Made by a program: the position numbers and the translations under genes. The notes beneath the pieces are model-generated. The model ran no database searches and had not been told where the DNA came from. It saw only the letters and a list, made by a program, of their open reading frames with translations. 64,000 nucleotides of DNA from NCBI RefSeq assembly GCF_009834535.1, contig NC_045697.1:109308001-109372000 (forward strand), in the 5' to 3' direction. This document shows, in pieces, positions 23,731 to 36,950 of the stretch (within the stretch, counting starts at the first letter, position 1; each line of letters starts with the position of its first letter). This DNA is from Camelus ferus. Its lineage: Eukaryota.

Positions 23731-24454
23731 CCACAAATGCCACCTTTATGATTTTTGAAAACTCTGTACAGCACTAGTGTAAGTACTTCATAGTTTTCTT
23801 AAATGTCACTTTCACTTCTGAGTGACGTACCTACTTCAGCTGTATCTTAATGCATGAGAATTCTAGGGTATGGCGTATAATTACACATTTTCTAGTTCTA
23901 ATATTAAAACACTTTCTAAATGTCTACCGTTTTACAATTTTTAAATCTTCTCATGTACCATCAATTGAATTGTATTGAACTCAAGGAAAAACTAAATAGA
24001 ACTCTAAGCAATTATATATATATATTCCCTTACTGTGCTTCCATAAGATGCAACAGGGACAAATTCCTGTATTAGATGCCACTCGTTGTTTCTAGTAAAA
24101 TTAAACTTTAAAATGGTTCAAAATCTCGTACAATTATTTTCAAAATAACCGAAAGGTCTGAGTTAATGTCACCTTGAGGCAAAGGGACCTGAGCTTTTGA
24201 TCTGAATCCTTATCTGTTGTCAAGTAACGACGTATTCTATTTTCGACCGTTTTGATTTAAAATTCATTCTCCTTTATTAAAAAAAAAAAACTAAGGGAAA
24301 GACAAACATACAAACTGATTTTTAAAAGCTGTAAAAGCTGTGGACAGCGATGGGGAAGATGAGACATGAAATTAGAGAGAAGCCGCCCCAGACCTGGCAA
24401 ATCCGGATGTTGGGATGCTGTGTTTCCTTCCCCAGCAGCCAAACTGCCTGTTTT

Positions 24455-24518
24455 TTAAGGCAAACTTAGGCCGCGTTTCCGCTAAGCGAGGAACGACCTA
24501 AAAGCGAGGACTCAAGGC

Positions 24519-24550
<32 letters not shown>

Positions 24551-25520
24551 GAGGCACTTTCGGCGCGGAGGACGGAAGAGGCGGAAGCAGCTGGGAGACC
24601 TGGCTCGCCAGCAGCTGGAGTCAACCTAGCGGAGGCCGGCCGGCCAGGCAGGCCCCGCCCCCAGGAAAGGCCCCGCCCCGCCCCGCCCGGCCGCTTGACG
24701 GAGACGCCAGGGGACGCTGCACGCCGTTGGGGTGAGGGCCGGCCTCTCTTCCCCGCCTCCTCTCCTCTGCTCCGCCCCCGGGGCGGTGTTGGCGCCAAAA
24801 TCAAACCCGCCTGCGCGCCCCGCCCCTGCCGCGCGCAGGCCCCGCCGCCGGAAGCCGCGCCGCCCGCGCCATGGTAAGAGCCGGGAGCTCGCCCCGCGGT
24901 CCCCCTCCTCCCCAGTCACCGGGCCGCCGAGCCCCTCGGCCGCGTGGGACCCCGGTTCGGTGTTGGCCGCCCTGGCGGGCTGTGGGGCCGCTCCCTCGCC
25001 CGGTGGACACCCCCCGGCCACCCCACGCTTTCCGGCTCCCGCGGCCCGAGCCGGGAGGCTGAGGCGCCGCGCTGGGACCCCCGCCCGTCTGCCCCGGCGC
25101 CCTCCCGGGCGGGTTAGGTTAAAGACGGGAGCGTTCGAGAACGTGCCCCGAGTATCTCCCAGACCCTGCAGTCTGGCCGGCAGAAAGACCACGAGTCACT
25201 CCGGAGCAGCTCCTCGCCGCTAAAGGCGCAGCCGCGGGATGAGAACCGGAGGAGTTGGTGTCGGCGGGCAGGGCCGGGGCCGCCTCGGCTCCCAAGTGGC
25301 TCGGTTGGTCTTTGCCGTTTGAGTGCTTTCATGTTGTAACCGGTAGAGCGCATTTCAGGATCGCGCACGATTTCCAGAGTAACCTAACGAATCTTCACTT
25401 TATGCCAGTTAGATGATTTCTGTGAAAATGTGTTTTTTGTTTTTTTTTTTTAACAAAGGGCAGGAATCGCTGCCGTTTTGTGCTTCAAAAGGACGGCCGG
25501 CTGGTAGGGAGAGTCGCTTT
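24455..25520. promoter_or_regulatory. MND1: CpG island / MND1 promoter and exon 1
   Basis: Dense CpG and high GC. GC boxes (24650-24690, 24770-24826), E2F palindrome ttggcgccaa (24789-24798), ETS ccggaag (24848-24854), A24 tract (24527-24550). Confidence 0.92.
24871..24873 (+). CDS. MND1: MND1 exon 1 coding part (initiator ATG only)
   Basis: gcgccATG|gtaaga: Kozak context followed immediately by a strong donor. Splices in frame to the SKKKGLS exon. Confidence 0.9.
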
Positions 25521-26929
25521 ATTAGGGAAGCACCGTACAGACTTAGTTTTCCTTGCATGCCATAATGGTTTAAGTCTTGGTAAGATACCAGATTGTCTCC
25601 TTTTATGAATTTAATGTCTTTCTGCTCATCCAGTCATTTTCATAAACCTTCAGTTTCATCCCACCCCTCGCTTCTATTGGTAGAGAATCAACATGTAGTG
25701 AAATAGATCTAAGATTTTAATATCTTAATTAAGTGGCCGTTATTTTGCAAGCTGATGGTGGACAGGGACCTGGGTTGTACGGTGTTTATTTGAGGATACT
25801 TGTCCAGATGTAATTATAACTGATAACGGCTTCTTTGTGGTTAAACCAACAACCCAGCCACCTGGGCATTAAATGATACAAGAAGCCAAACAGGTTTACG
25901 CTTAAATCTGTTACCAGTGCTCTGTGATATCTATTTCTCCTTATAGAGCCACTGGCCTGATACAACTGAGAACTATGCAGCACACGTGTGTGAAATTTTT
26001 TTTGTTTTTGTCTTTTTACTTAAGCTCTCTCTACACCTGAATCATCTAATACTAAAAACTTTTGGTAAGATACATACTTATTTGTCACATATTACTAAGA
26101 AATAGGTTTCGAATTATGTTGATCAAAGGTAACTTGTTCTCTTCCCTTATTTTGAATTAATAGTTGTTTGTTCCAGTTTGGTTGGGCTTGCTGGGTGGAG
26201 TTGTTGTAAGTCCAGGCATGTTTTTGGAATTGGAGAACTGCAGGGTGGTCTGCCACTTCTGAGGGCCCCAGGTGTCTCCTTTTAATTTTTCACTATTTTA
26301 TTGCAGTTGGTAACAGGACTGACATTAGGGATTTTCTAACTCCTAATTGGAGAAGATTCCTCCCCCATCCTTAACTGTTTAGTCCTCTTACTTACTAATT
26401 TGGTTGGATCTTTAACATATACTATCGGGAGATTTTCTTTAATCTTAAATATTAAATGAGCCCTTGCAGATTTTTTTTTTTTTTTTGGAGAAATTTCTAA
26501 ATATGGATTAATATGGCATCCATTTACATTAGTTACTTTAATTCTGGCCATGGTACTCTCCTGCTGTGGTTAATAATAAAAAAAAACTACTTCTCACGAA
26601 GGAGGCTGATGAATAAATTAGCCTGAAATCCGTGTTAACAGATGATACAGCTCATCCGTATTTCCTGAGTAAGTTTTACAGCTGCTGAGCTGAGAGAAAA
26701 GAGCTTTCTTAAAACTGTGAGCTCTCAGGACACTAGATTCTCCTCATTGCCTGCCCTCTGCATGGCAGATTCTTGTGGAGTCTGTGGTCTCTCGAGCAAT
26801 TTATAATAATACCAAAATGGTAGCCTTTTCTGAGGCTTTGTATCTATTTTCCACTGATGCAGCCACAGACTGGAGTCCTGAAAGGATTTTCACTGCCCTT
26901 GACATAACCCAGGTTCTGAGCTGAGAAGA

Positions 26930-27110
26930 GCTGTGTTCTCAATCCCGGGGCACAATTAAAACACCTCACGATTTTTAAAATATACATGTTCAGGCCATAG
27001 CGCCGTCTCAGAGATTCTGATTCATTTCATATGGGATGTGCTTGGGCATCAGTTACTTTTAAATGCTCCTGAGATGATTCTGATCTATGTGGAAGTTTGA
27101 GACCAACTGG
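26930..27110. mobile_element. MER5-family DNA transposon
   Basis: gtgttctcaa..cagagattctgattcat..gggcatcag..gtttgagaccaactg. Confidence 0.65.
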
Positions 27111-27384
27111 ACCAGAGGAATGAGCTGAATGGGCCTTCTAACTGGATGTGAATGGCTTGCTTTATTATGCTGCCAAGGCCGGTGTGAAGGGAGGGTAATC
27201 AAGTAGTGTTGTGCTCTAGCTCTGTACCCGAGGTTTAGTGAACTGCTCTTCAGAGTAGATGCTTTCTTGGAACTCGCCTGGCTGAGGCTTTTCTGGTTTA
27301 TCTCTCCAAACAAAGCAGTAAATGGTTATCACAGAATTCCTTTTATTAATTTACCTTGTGTTGTACTTATGGGACTGCAGTGCA

Positions 27385-27780
27385 CTCGGCAGAACCTGGT
27401 GATTGGTTGGATATGGAGTAAGAGAGATGGAGGAAACCAGGGTGACTGCCAGGCCTCTGGCTTGGGTAACAAGGTGGTTGGTATCCAACTGAACTTAAGA
27501 TCCAGAACAGCAGGTTTGGGCAGTAGACGTGGGAGAGGAACAGGTCATTGTAGACCTCCTGAGTTGGAAGTCTGTTCAGCAGGCAGGTAGATATATGAGA
27601 TTGAAGCTCAGGTGCACACTAAGTCCAGTGATGTATAGATTTGAGATCTCAGCGTAGGTGTTTGTTAAAACCATGAAAACAGCTGAGATCAGAGAAAAGG
27701 TGTGAGGCAATGAGGGGATCAATTGAGAACCCTGGGGAACTGCAGTATTGAGAGTGGACAGAGATAAAAGAGGAAAGTAA
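27385..27780 (-). mobile_element. L2 fragment
   Basis: ggtgattggttggatatgg..gggtgactgccaggcctctggcttggg..caggtagatatatgag.. Confidence 0.65.
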
Positions 27781-28196
27781 AATTTTGAGGCTACGTGCTT
27801 TACCTATATGACTCATCAAGAAACACCTGGTAAAATTTATTGCTGTGTAAATGAGTTAGTGGGTTTCTAGGTTCTGCTGGTTAGACTCGTGTACCCTGGT
27901 GTGCATTCACAGTGGCAGTTCCAAATTCCTTCCCCATCTAGCGTAGGCTCTCATTTCTGATGGAGTTTGTGGTTGGATGGGGCCAGTCAGTTTTTAGTTG
28001 TTGGTTGACTTCTGCTTGCTTTTTAAGTGCTGTACGGTGTTTTAAAGTTCTAACTAAGCAATTTGTGTTCCCCTATAATCCCATGCAGTTTTTGAGAAAG
28101 ATGCAGATCACTTTAAAAAAAAAAAAAAAGTGTGGAATCTTCCATGAGAGCACTAGAGATATTGGTTCTCATTCTCTTGTTTTTCTGTGAATTTTT

Positions 28197-28348
28197 TTAA
28201 AGACCTTTTTTTTATTTGTTTGGTTTTTTTGCGGGAGGGTAGGTAATTTGGTTTGTTTGTTTGTTTTTAATGGAGACACTGGGGATTGAACCCAGGACCT
28301 CTTGCATGCTAAGCACTCACTCTACCACTGAGCTATACCCTCCCCCAC
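28197..28348 (-). mobile_element. Camelid-type tRNA-derived SINE
   Basis: ctggggattgaacccaggacctc..ctgagctataccctcccc. TSD ctgtgaattttt at 28185-28196 and 28349-28360. Confidence 0.92.
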
Positions 28349-29295
28349 CTGTGAATTTTTGCATTAAGGAAATTTGGCCTTTTTTTAAATTGGACCTTAG
28401 GTATATACTCTATATACAATATATAATAAAATTTATCATTAATGTACATTTCAGTTACATATTAACTATCTTAATTTCAGATTGGCCAAAGGGTAGTTAC
28501 AGAATAATAGTAACCTGAAGAGGCTTTCATTTTCTATTTGGATGTGATTTTCCTTCCTCCCTCTTACCCTCTACAGTACTGCTACAGCTGTCGAACCAAG
28601 ATGTAACTGATCTTGTCACTCCCTGCTTCAGAAATTGCTCAGTAGCTCCTCATTGCCTGGAAAAAAGTCTGCTCTCTTTGGCTAGACAGTCAGCCTTGCA
28701 TAATCTGGCCCAGACAACCTTTCGCATCTCATCTGCCACTCCATCTACATACTCCACGCATATAATAATTGTCCCTGAGTGTTTTGTCTTTCTGGAGCAT
28801 TCCATGTACTACCATAACGTTATGCCTATTCAAGACACCTTTCTTACCGTTTCTCAACTTGACAAAATGCTGTTCATCTCTAGCCTTCCTAGCTAACCCT
28901 CCTCCCTCTCCAGGGTGGAATTAATTCATTCTGTCCCAGGTAGCAATTTGTGCACGTACCTGTTCATCAGTTATAAGTGGTTATGCCCATTTATTTTCTT
29001 CGAGAGATTGTAAGTCTTTTGAAGGTAAATACAGTGACTTATTGGATCATTTAATAAATACTGAATTTCTATAAAATGCCAGCTCTGTGTCAGTCACAAT
29101 TCTTGTTACCATACTGGCAGCACCTGCCACAAGGCTTGGCAGAGTGTTAAAATCTGTCTTGAGTTACTAAACCTCTTGGTCTCAGACAAGACCATGTATA
29201 ATTTCTGATAATGTTTTGAACCAAGTTGTTTTAAAATGCAACGTTTATTAAAACAACAACAACACAGTGTTTACTTTTTAACTTTTGTGCTTTAG

Positions 29296-29361
29296 TCGAA
29301 GAAAAAAGGACTGAGTGCAGAGGAAAAGAGAGCCCGCATGATGGAAATATTTTTTGAGACA
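29296..29361 (+). CDS. MND1: MND1 exon 2: SKKKGLSAEEKRARMMEIFFET
   Basis: tttag acceptor and ACA|gtaagt donor. 66 bp, matches the MND1 N-terminus. Confidence 0.96.
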
Positions 29362-30904
29362 GTAAGTCATTTTCCTTAAGATTTTTAGAATTTTGTGTAA
29401 TATTCTTAAGTGTGTGTCATCCAGTATCAACTCTACCTTTTTCATTAGCGAACAGTACTAACCAATATCCTGAATAACAGATAAAATTCTACAAGCTTTT
29501 GTGGTACCTGTGAGCTATGGAAAGAACCCTACCCCAGTGTTTGTAGAATCTCTTCGTACACGCTGGCACTGCAATTATCTTTCTGAGGCATGTATTTTCT
29601 GAGGCATTGTCCCCCTTTGCCTGAAAATGATACTAATAGTTCACATCCACTGAGTGCTTCCGAGGTGCCAATCACTATTCTAAGCACTTGGTGTAGATTA
29701 TCAGATTTTGTCCTTTTTGCCCCTATGAGATCAGTACTATTGTTATCATCCTCATTCTGCAGATCTGGACATCTGAACAGCCTAAGGTACCAGCCCTGAT
29801 CTCAAAAGTGGAAGTGATAGTACTTGGATTAAAAACCCAGGGAGGGGAAGAAAAAAAAACAACCCAGGGAGAATCATCTGATTTTAGAGGGAATGCTAAA
29901 TACCACCAACATTTATAAGCCTATGTATAATGTAACACGTAGTCCTCCTTAATTTGTGCCTGCCACTAACAGGAAATATGCTTGAAGTTTCCATTTCTAA
30001 GTGACAGAGCCAGGATTCAAACCCAGTCACCTGGCTCTAGACCCTGTTTTCTTCACCAAGCCACCATTCAGTGGCTTTTCTTGTTTGCAGGTTAAAATTC
30101 AGACTTTGGACCCACAAAAACATTTTAACTTCCTATGTCTTATGTCTTGACAGGACCTTCAAAGTCTTGTCTGGCCCCAGCCTACTGGTTGTTTTCATTA
30201 TTTACAAATGTGAAGAAGATGGGAAAATGGCAAAATAGAATACGAAATTAATAAGTAATGATAATACTTGACATTTTCGTTTTGATAAAGCATATTCTTA
30301 ATAAAACAAGCGAAATATTGTAGGGGCTTTTTTTTTTAATGCTTTGCCATCTAAGTGAAATCTTAGTAATCTTACTAATATATAATGACTTACTAAAAGT
30401 CACTGGCAATTCAGAACAGAGTATCATATTAGTAATGATGATATGGTTAGGAAGATAAATTGATAACGTTCGTTGGTGAGGATTATGACTGTTCCGCTGA
30501 GTCGAAATATTTTTTCTATGCTCTTAGAGCAGGAGAAGTAGAATTAATTCCCACCAGGCAGTGGAAAGCTGGGGAGAGTGGTGAGGGAAATTATTTTGTC
30601 CTTTATGGAATTGTTAATTTTCTCGAATATCAAAGTTGGCTGTTTCTGATTGAAAAATATGCAACTCTTCTCTCGGGAACATTAAGATAGTAGTGACTGT
30701 GACACTAATGAGTAGTAGCAGCTTAAAGAAGTTAATAGTGTGTTTTTATGTAAAGCTAGAAATTAATTGTATTAATTGCTTGATTTCAGTTCTTATATTC
30801 CTATATATTTATTTGTATGAATACATACTTACCTAGATTTATTTGAAGTTGCTAGTGTAATAGAAAAAGACTTCTTTGCTGTTACACTTAGGATGATCAT
30901 GGCA

Positions 30905-31115
30905 GCAGTATCGCTCCATGACAGAGAACTTGCACTTCCAGTCTGCTTGACCTAACAGCTTTGTGACTTTGTGACTTACTTGACCTAAGTCTCCGTTTCC
31001 TCATCTATAACTGTACCTAGCTCACAGTGTTAGTATGAGTATTAAATGAGATAATCTGTGTAAAACATTACAATGCCCAGATCACAAGTGTTTAATTAAA
31101 AGTTATCTAGTATTA
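30905..31115 (+). mobile_element. MIR SINE
   Basis: MIR core gtgacttacttgacct..gtttcctcatctataa..attaaatgagataat. Confidence 0.75.
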
Positions 31116-32693
31116 TTACTTTGTGTCTTCCATGGTATTTTGTTTTTATAGTTTTGTTTTTGAGGGCTAGAACCATTGTGTTCATCTCTTCTTTGTTATT
31201 TCTGTTTGATGTTGGGGAGAACTATTATTTACTGGAGACCATTTTCTCTGTTCATTTAAATGACCCTACTTTAGTCCTGAGGCTGGTTCTTTGCAAGCAT
31301 ATTTATCTACACAGCATCCCCGCTGGGGCAGCCAGTATGTCTGGGGCTCTTCTTTGATGACCACATGTAGGCAGATATCTCAGTGAGTTCATGTTCTTTT
31401 TCCAGGGAATCTAAGGTATTTGCAAATAGGTTTGATTAATTGATTTTTTTTAATGCATTAGTGACCTAAAGCCAGTGATTTATTGCATGTTCTCTGAGAC
31501 CCTACAGAATTATTTTTTGAGAGTTTATTCCCAGAGGGACAAAAATTGATTTCACACTTTCTAAGACCAATGATTCAGTATTTTCCTTAATTTACTAAAT
31601 CTTAAGTGTACTTAGATGAAGTTACTTTTTCCAACATTTTATCATTCAACATGAAAGAATTTCACAGTGAAGGACTATATGCCCAACCTAGATTCTACCA
31701 TTAATATTTTGTACTCTGCTTACTTTATTAATATATAATATTCATCTGTCCACTCCTTTATCCATCATCAGTTTATCTTTTTGAGGGCAGGGGAGTGTAT
31801 ATCTTCTGTGAATTGTCTTCTCGGCAGTCTTTTCAGTTTCTTAACAGTGCCCTTGAATGGGCAGACATTTTAAATTTTTATGATGTCTAATTTCCATCTT
31901 ATTGAAGTTGCTTTTTCAAGTTTATTTTGGAAGAAATAGATCCCAGATTTCCATAGCAATAATCACAATAGTTCTGTTCTAATAACTGAATACTTCAGTC
32001 TTTTCAAATATTTCACTTCTGTTATCCAAGTTCTTTTTACAACTTCAGCCAAGGCTTATTACAAGAAGAAAGGAATATTCTACATAGATTTTTTTCTTCA
32101 ACTGTAAGATCAAATATTCTACGTGTATATCGTGCGATAATGTTTTGTTTTGCACATGGTAGACATGCAGTAGGTATAGGTGAACGATTGATAGGCAGCC
32201 CTGAATTGTATGATGGTCATATTTAGGTGCAGCTCTTCTGTGAAACCGTAAATGTAAACAGATCTTGACAGCTGTCTGTTTTGCTCTTAGTTAGAGCTGC
32301 TAAATCTGTGATGTATGCTATGTGCTAAGCAAAGCATTGCTTGTGTTTTCTTCAAGTCAGAGTGTCAGAGAAGCTGATTATCTCATGTTAACAAATGATT
32401 CATGATGACTAGTTTTTATACTTCGCTGGGAAGATGTTCTTTACTTTCTGCCCTCCACTCACTTTAAAGAATTGTATGTTCATGCAAAATCTGTCCATTT
32501 TAAGTTCTGTTGAAGGTATTAAACAAGATAATTAATTTCTTTTAGCTCTAAAATTATTAATTCTATAGCACTGTTCATTTCCAGGCATAGGTTTTTAGTA
32601 CAGTATTTTGTAAACATAATATGGTAAATATAAGTATATAGTAGGAAATAAATACATATTTTTCACCTATTTTTTAATAACTCTTTTAAACAG

Positions 32694-32751
32694 AAAGATG
32701 TATTTCAATTAAAAGACATGGAGAAGATTGCTCCCAAAGAAAAAGGCATTA
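32694..32751 (+). CDS. MND1: MND1 exon 3: KDVFQLKDMEKIAPKEKGI(T)
   Basis: aaacag acceptor and A|gtaagt donor. 58 bp. Confidence 0.96.
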
Positions 32752-33077
32752 GTAAGTATCAAAAAAGTTCCAGAATATTTTGGTAAATACCAGTCATCTT
32801 TTTTTGCAACAGTCTTTCACTTTATAAATTTCTAGAGATGAAGAATGTTTCTAAAATCCCTTATATAATATCTCTGGGCCACAACCATGATTCTTGTGTT
32901 TGGAGTATCTGCTCTAGGAAAACTAAAACGGAATATGCATGCATGCATGTGCACACATACACACATAATATGTACACACAATTGTACACATTTATCTATT
33001 TATGGGAATAATTTCCTTCAAAAGAAGTAAAAACTATTCATGTATGTTCTAGTATTTGTTAAATGTGATTTGTATGG

Positions 33078-33498
33078 TGTTAATTTTCTACGGCTGCTGT
33101 AACAAATTACCATAAACTTGGTGGCTTAACACAATAGAAATTTGTTCTCCCATAGTTCAGAAGTCTAAAAATAAGGTGTTGGCAAGGTGGGTTCCTTCTG
33201 GAGGCTCTGAGGGAGGATCTGTTTCATGCTCTTCTCCCAGCTTCTGGTGGCTGCCAGCAGTGTGCCTGGCTTATAGACACAGCATTCTAATCTCTGCCTC
33301 TGCATGGCCTTCCCATTGGTTTTCTTCCCTTGGTGTCTTATAAGGACACATGTCATTGGATTTGGGAACCCACCCTAAATCCAGGATGATTTCACTGTGA
33401 GGTCCTAATTACATCTCTATAGACCATTTTCCAAGACAAAGTCACATTCACAGATTCTGGAGGCTATCTTTTCAGGGGTCACTGTTAAACCCACTATG
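33078..33498 (-). mobile_element. MaLR solo LTR (MLT1B/C-like)
   Basis: ggctgctgtaacaaattaccataaacttggtggctt..ggaggctctgagggaggatctg..gtcacattcacag. Confidence 0.85.
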
Positions 33499-35467
33499 TA
33501 TTTTATGTATATATATAACATTATTTTCTGATTACATAAGCTATATATGTTTGTTTCAACAGATTTGGAAATTATAAAGAATATTATAAAAATAAAAGTT
33601 GTTCATAATCCCTCTGAGATCACCCCTGTTAATATTTTGGTGTATTTTGATGTCTTATTCTTAGATTCTGTTTATCTGTGTGTGTATATATCTGTCCCTT
33701 TCTCTGAGAGGGAACCATGCTGCATATACAGCTTTGTGTTCATGTAGTTTTTCATATAGCATTATATCATATACATTTTCTTATGTCATTTGCTTTAAAA
33801 AAAAGATTTACAACATCTGCATCTGCTAATGTTTTATTCTGTGACCACCCACTGTGCCATAGTTTGCTTAGCCTGTTAGCTATTATTGACCATGCAGATT
33901 GTTCCCAAATTTTGCTGCTAGAATTAATATGTAAGTAACATGCCATCCATAGATTCTTCTCCTAAAAGACTTATTTTTTACAGCTTTTTTAATTTCAGGA
34001 TTTCTCATATACTTCCTCACCTCCATCATCAACATCACTCACCAGCAGGACATTTGTCACAACTGATGACCCTGCACGGACATTTCATACTGACCCAAAG
34101 CCCATAATTTATATTAGTATTCACTCTCAGTGTTGCATATTCTGTGGGTCTGGACAAATGTACAGTGACACAGATCCGTTGTTACAGTGTCATTGTGGTA
34201 TCATACAGAGTATTTTCACTGCCTTAAAAATCCTCTGTGCTCCACCGATTCATCCCTTCCTCTCCCCCCACTATGAACTTTTTTCTACATCTCATGTTAC
34301 TTCATTAGGAAGTGTCCCTAGAAACAGAGTAGAAAAAGAGACTTGTGTAGTTTTGGGTTTTTTATATGTATTCTTAAATTGCCTTCAGGAAAGGTTATAC
34401 CAAATTCTACTCAAATTCATTTCTCAGAACTGTTTTCATTTTTAGAATTCTTTGACAATTCCTTTCGGTTTGTACTTCTTTACAAATGAGGTTGAATGTT
34501 TTGTATTTGGTGTCAATTTTATTGCTTTTATTTATTAAATCTTTAAATTTTTAATAGATTTTTATTAAATTTACTCTAGGAAAAATTAAAATGGACATTA
34601 AAATATGGATAATTTGTTGGTGTAGTTTTGCCTAATAGAAAGTTTGAATAGTTCATGAATTTCAAACATTTGTGAAATATGATTTTATATTTTTACGTGC
34701 TATTTTTAAACTTTTCTGATCTTTAATCTTACCCCTAACCATAACCTCCAGTTTCCTTCTTTCTTGTTGAATTTTTCATAGTAGTTCTGTTTTTGTTTCC
34801 TTAGCATAATAAATAATGCATATTTATTGTTGGAAAAAAATAAGAAAAATGAGCAAAAAGAAGGAAATACAAATTGCCTCTTAACCTTACATTCAAAATA
34901 ACAACTGTCACATTAGTGCATACTATCTTTTAACTTGTTTTTCTGTATAATACATTTTGAATGTGTATATATCCAGGCCATTAAATTTTTGTAACGTAAA
35001 TTTAATGAATGCATAGTATGTCATTGCAGTAAAATACTTTTACGAGTCCAGTAATTGGACTGATTTGTAAGTTTTTACTGTTGAAAACAGTGCTTTAACA
35101 AGCATCCTTATGCATATCCATCATTATTTTCTTTAGCTGAATTTATAAAAGTGGAATTTCTGTATAAGAGATATGCACAAATCTCAGGTTTTAGATACAT
35201 AGTGCTATATTTTCCCACCCATTTCCCTGAATCCTTTATTATAATTTTTGATGTTTTTAACTTGGTAGTCAGGAAATCATATCTCATGCCTTATTTTGCA
35301 TTTCTTGAATTGTTAGTGGGTTTGAACACTTTTCTTGTTTCTTATTGATCATGTGTATTTTATAGATGCCCATTGATGTATTTTGTTTTTCTATTGGAGT
35401 ATTTGTCTTTTTAAAATTATTTTTGAAAGCTTCTTGTTTATTAACTTATTAACTCAATCTATAATAT

Positions 35468-35897
35468 TTTTTTGACTTTATTTATTAATATTATTTTTAA
35501 TTGAAATGCTGTCAGTTGCAATGTGTCAATTTTTGATGTACAGCAGTACAATGTCCCAGTCATGCATATACATACATATAATCGTTTTCATATTTTTTCA
35601 TTAAAGTTTATTACAAGATATTGAACATAGTTCCCTGTGCTATACAGCAGAAACTTTTTTTAAAATCTATTTTTATGTGTAGTGACTATCATTTATAAGT
35701 CTCAAACTCTCAAATTTATCCCTTCCCATCCACTTTCCCCGGTAACCATAAGATTGTTTACTATGTCTGCAAGTCTGTTTCTGTTTGTAGATGAGTTCAT
35801 AGTGGCCTTTTTTTTTCTTTTCTTTTTAGATTGCATATATGAGTTATATCATATGGTATTTTTCTTTCTCTTTCTGGCTTTACTTAGAATGACGTTT
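35468..35897 (-). mobile_element. Lineage-type L1 3' end, ~90 bp upstream of MND1 exon 4
   Basis: Reverse L1 3'UTR (ttgaacatagttccctgtgctatacagcag..ccggtaaccataag). TSD atctataatat at 35457-35467 and 35898-35908. Confidence 0.85.
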
Positions 35898-35986
35898 ATC
35901 TATAATATCTATTGCAAGTGTTTCCCCAGTTATTGGCCTTTTAATTTGTGTCTTAATATGGAATCGTTAAAAATTACCTCTTTCAG

Positions 35987-36135
35987 CTGCTATGTCAGTA
36001 AAAGAAGTTCTTCAGAGCTTAGTCGATGATGGTATGGTTGACTGTGAAAGAATTGGAACATCTAATTATTATTGGGCTTTTCCAAGTAAAGCCCTTCATG
36101 CCAGGAAACGTAAGTTGGAGGCTCTGGAATCTCAG
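35987..36135 (+). CDS. MND1: MND1 exon 4: (T)[49 protein letters not shown] (winged-helix end)
   Basis: tttcag acceptor and CAG|gtaggc donor. 149 bp, contains the conserved [12 protein letters not shown] motif. Confidence 0.97.
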
Positions 36136-36354
36136 GTAGGCCACCACAGTTAAAAATAATAGATTTGCTTTGTAAGAAAGAAATTTGTTTTGCTTAATCC
36201 TGTTTTCATTTAGTGGTTTCCGTTAAATTTTTAACATGCATTATTGGACTCAAAGTCTAAAGATAATCAACATCTCTTTTTCTCAGAGCACAAGGACCTT
36301 AGGATATTTTAACTTTCATCTTCTTACATGCCATGATGTTGTTTTCTAGTATTT

Positions 36355-36950
36355 AAGTTCTTTTTAGGTTTGCAGAAAAATTGACCAGAAGATACAGAGA
36401 GTTCCAAAATGCCACCCCTCTCTCCCCACCAAACATAAAATTTCCCTTAATATTTACATCTTGTGTTAGTTTGGTACATTTGTTACAACTGATGGGCCAA
36501 TATTGATATCTTATTATTAACTAAAGTGCATAGTTTACATTAGGGGTTCATTCTTTGTATTGTACATTCTGTGAGTTTTGACAAATGCATAAATGTCATG
36601 CATCCAACACTACAGTATCATATAGGATAGTTTCACTGCCCTAAAAATCTCTTGTGTTTCACTTATTTCTTCATCCTTCCCTCTCCCCTAACCCCTAGCA
36701 ACTGCTGGTATTTTTACAGTCTCTAAAGTTATGTTTTATCCAAAATATCATCTGGTTGGAATCATTATAGTTTACAGCTTTTTCAAAACAAGGAAGGTTG
36801 GCTTCTTTCACTTAGCAATATGCGTTTTATGTTCCTCCATGTCTTTTGATGGCTCATTTCTTTTGATTGACGAATAATACTCCATTCCATGTGAGTACCA
36901 CAGCTTGTTTATTCTTTCAACTATAGAAGGAAATCTTGGTTATTTCCAAA
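36355..36950 (-). mobile_element. L1MC-type 3' fragment
   Basis: ttttaggtttgcagaaaaattg..ggtacatttgttacaactgatg..ttcactgccctaaaaatc. Confidence 0.8.

Noticed and set aside
24466..25368. Long overlapping ORFs (up to 188 aa) in the CpG island as novel genes
   Set aside because: Low-complexity Pro/Arg/Gly/Ala translations are expected from stop-poor GC-rich DNA. The MND1 exon 1 structure explains the region.
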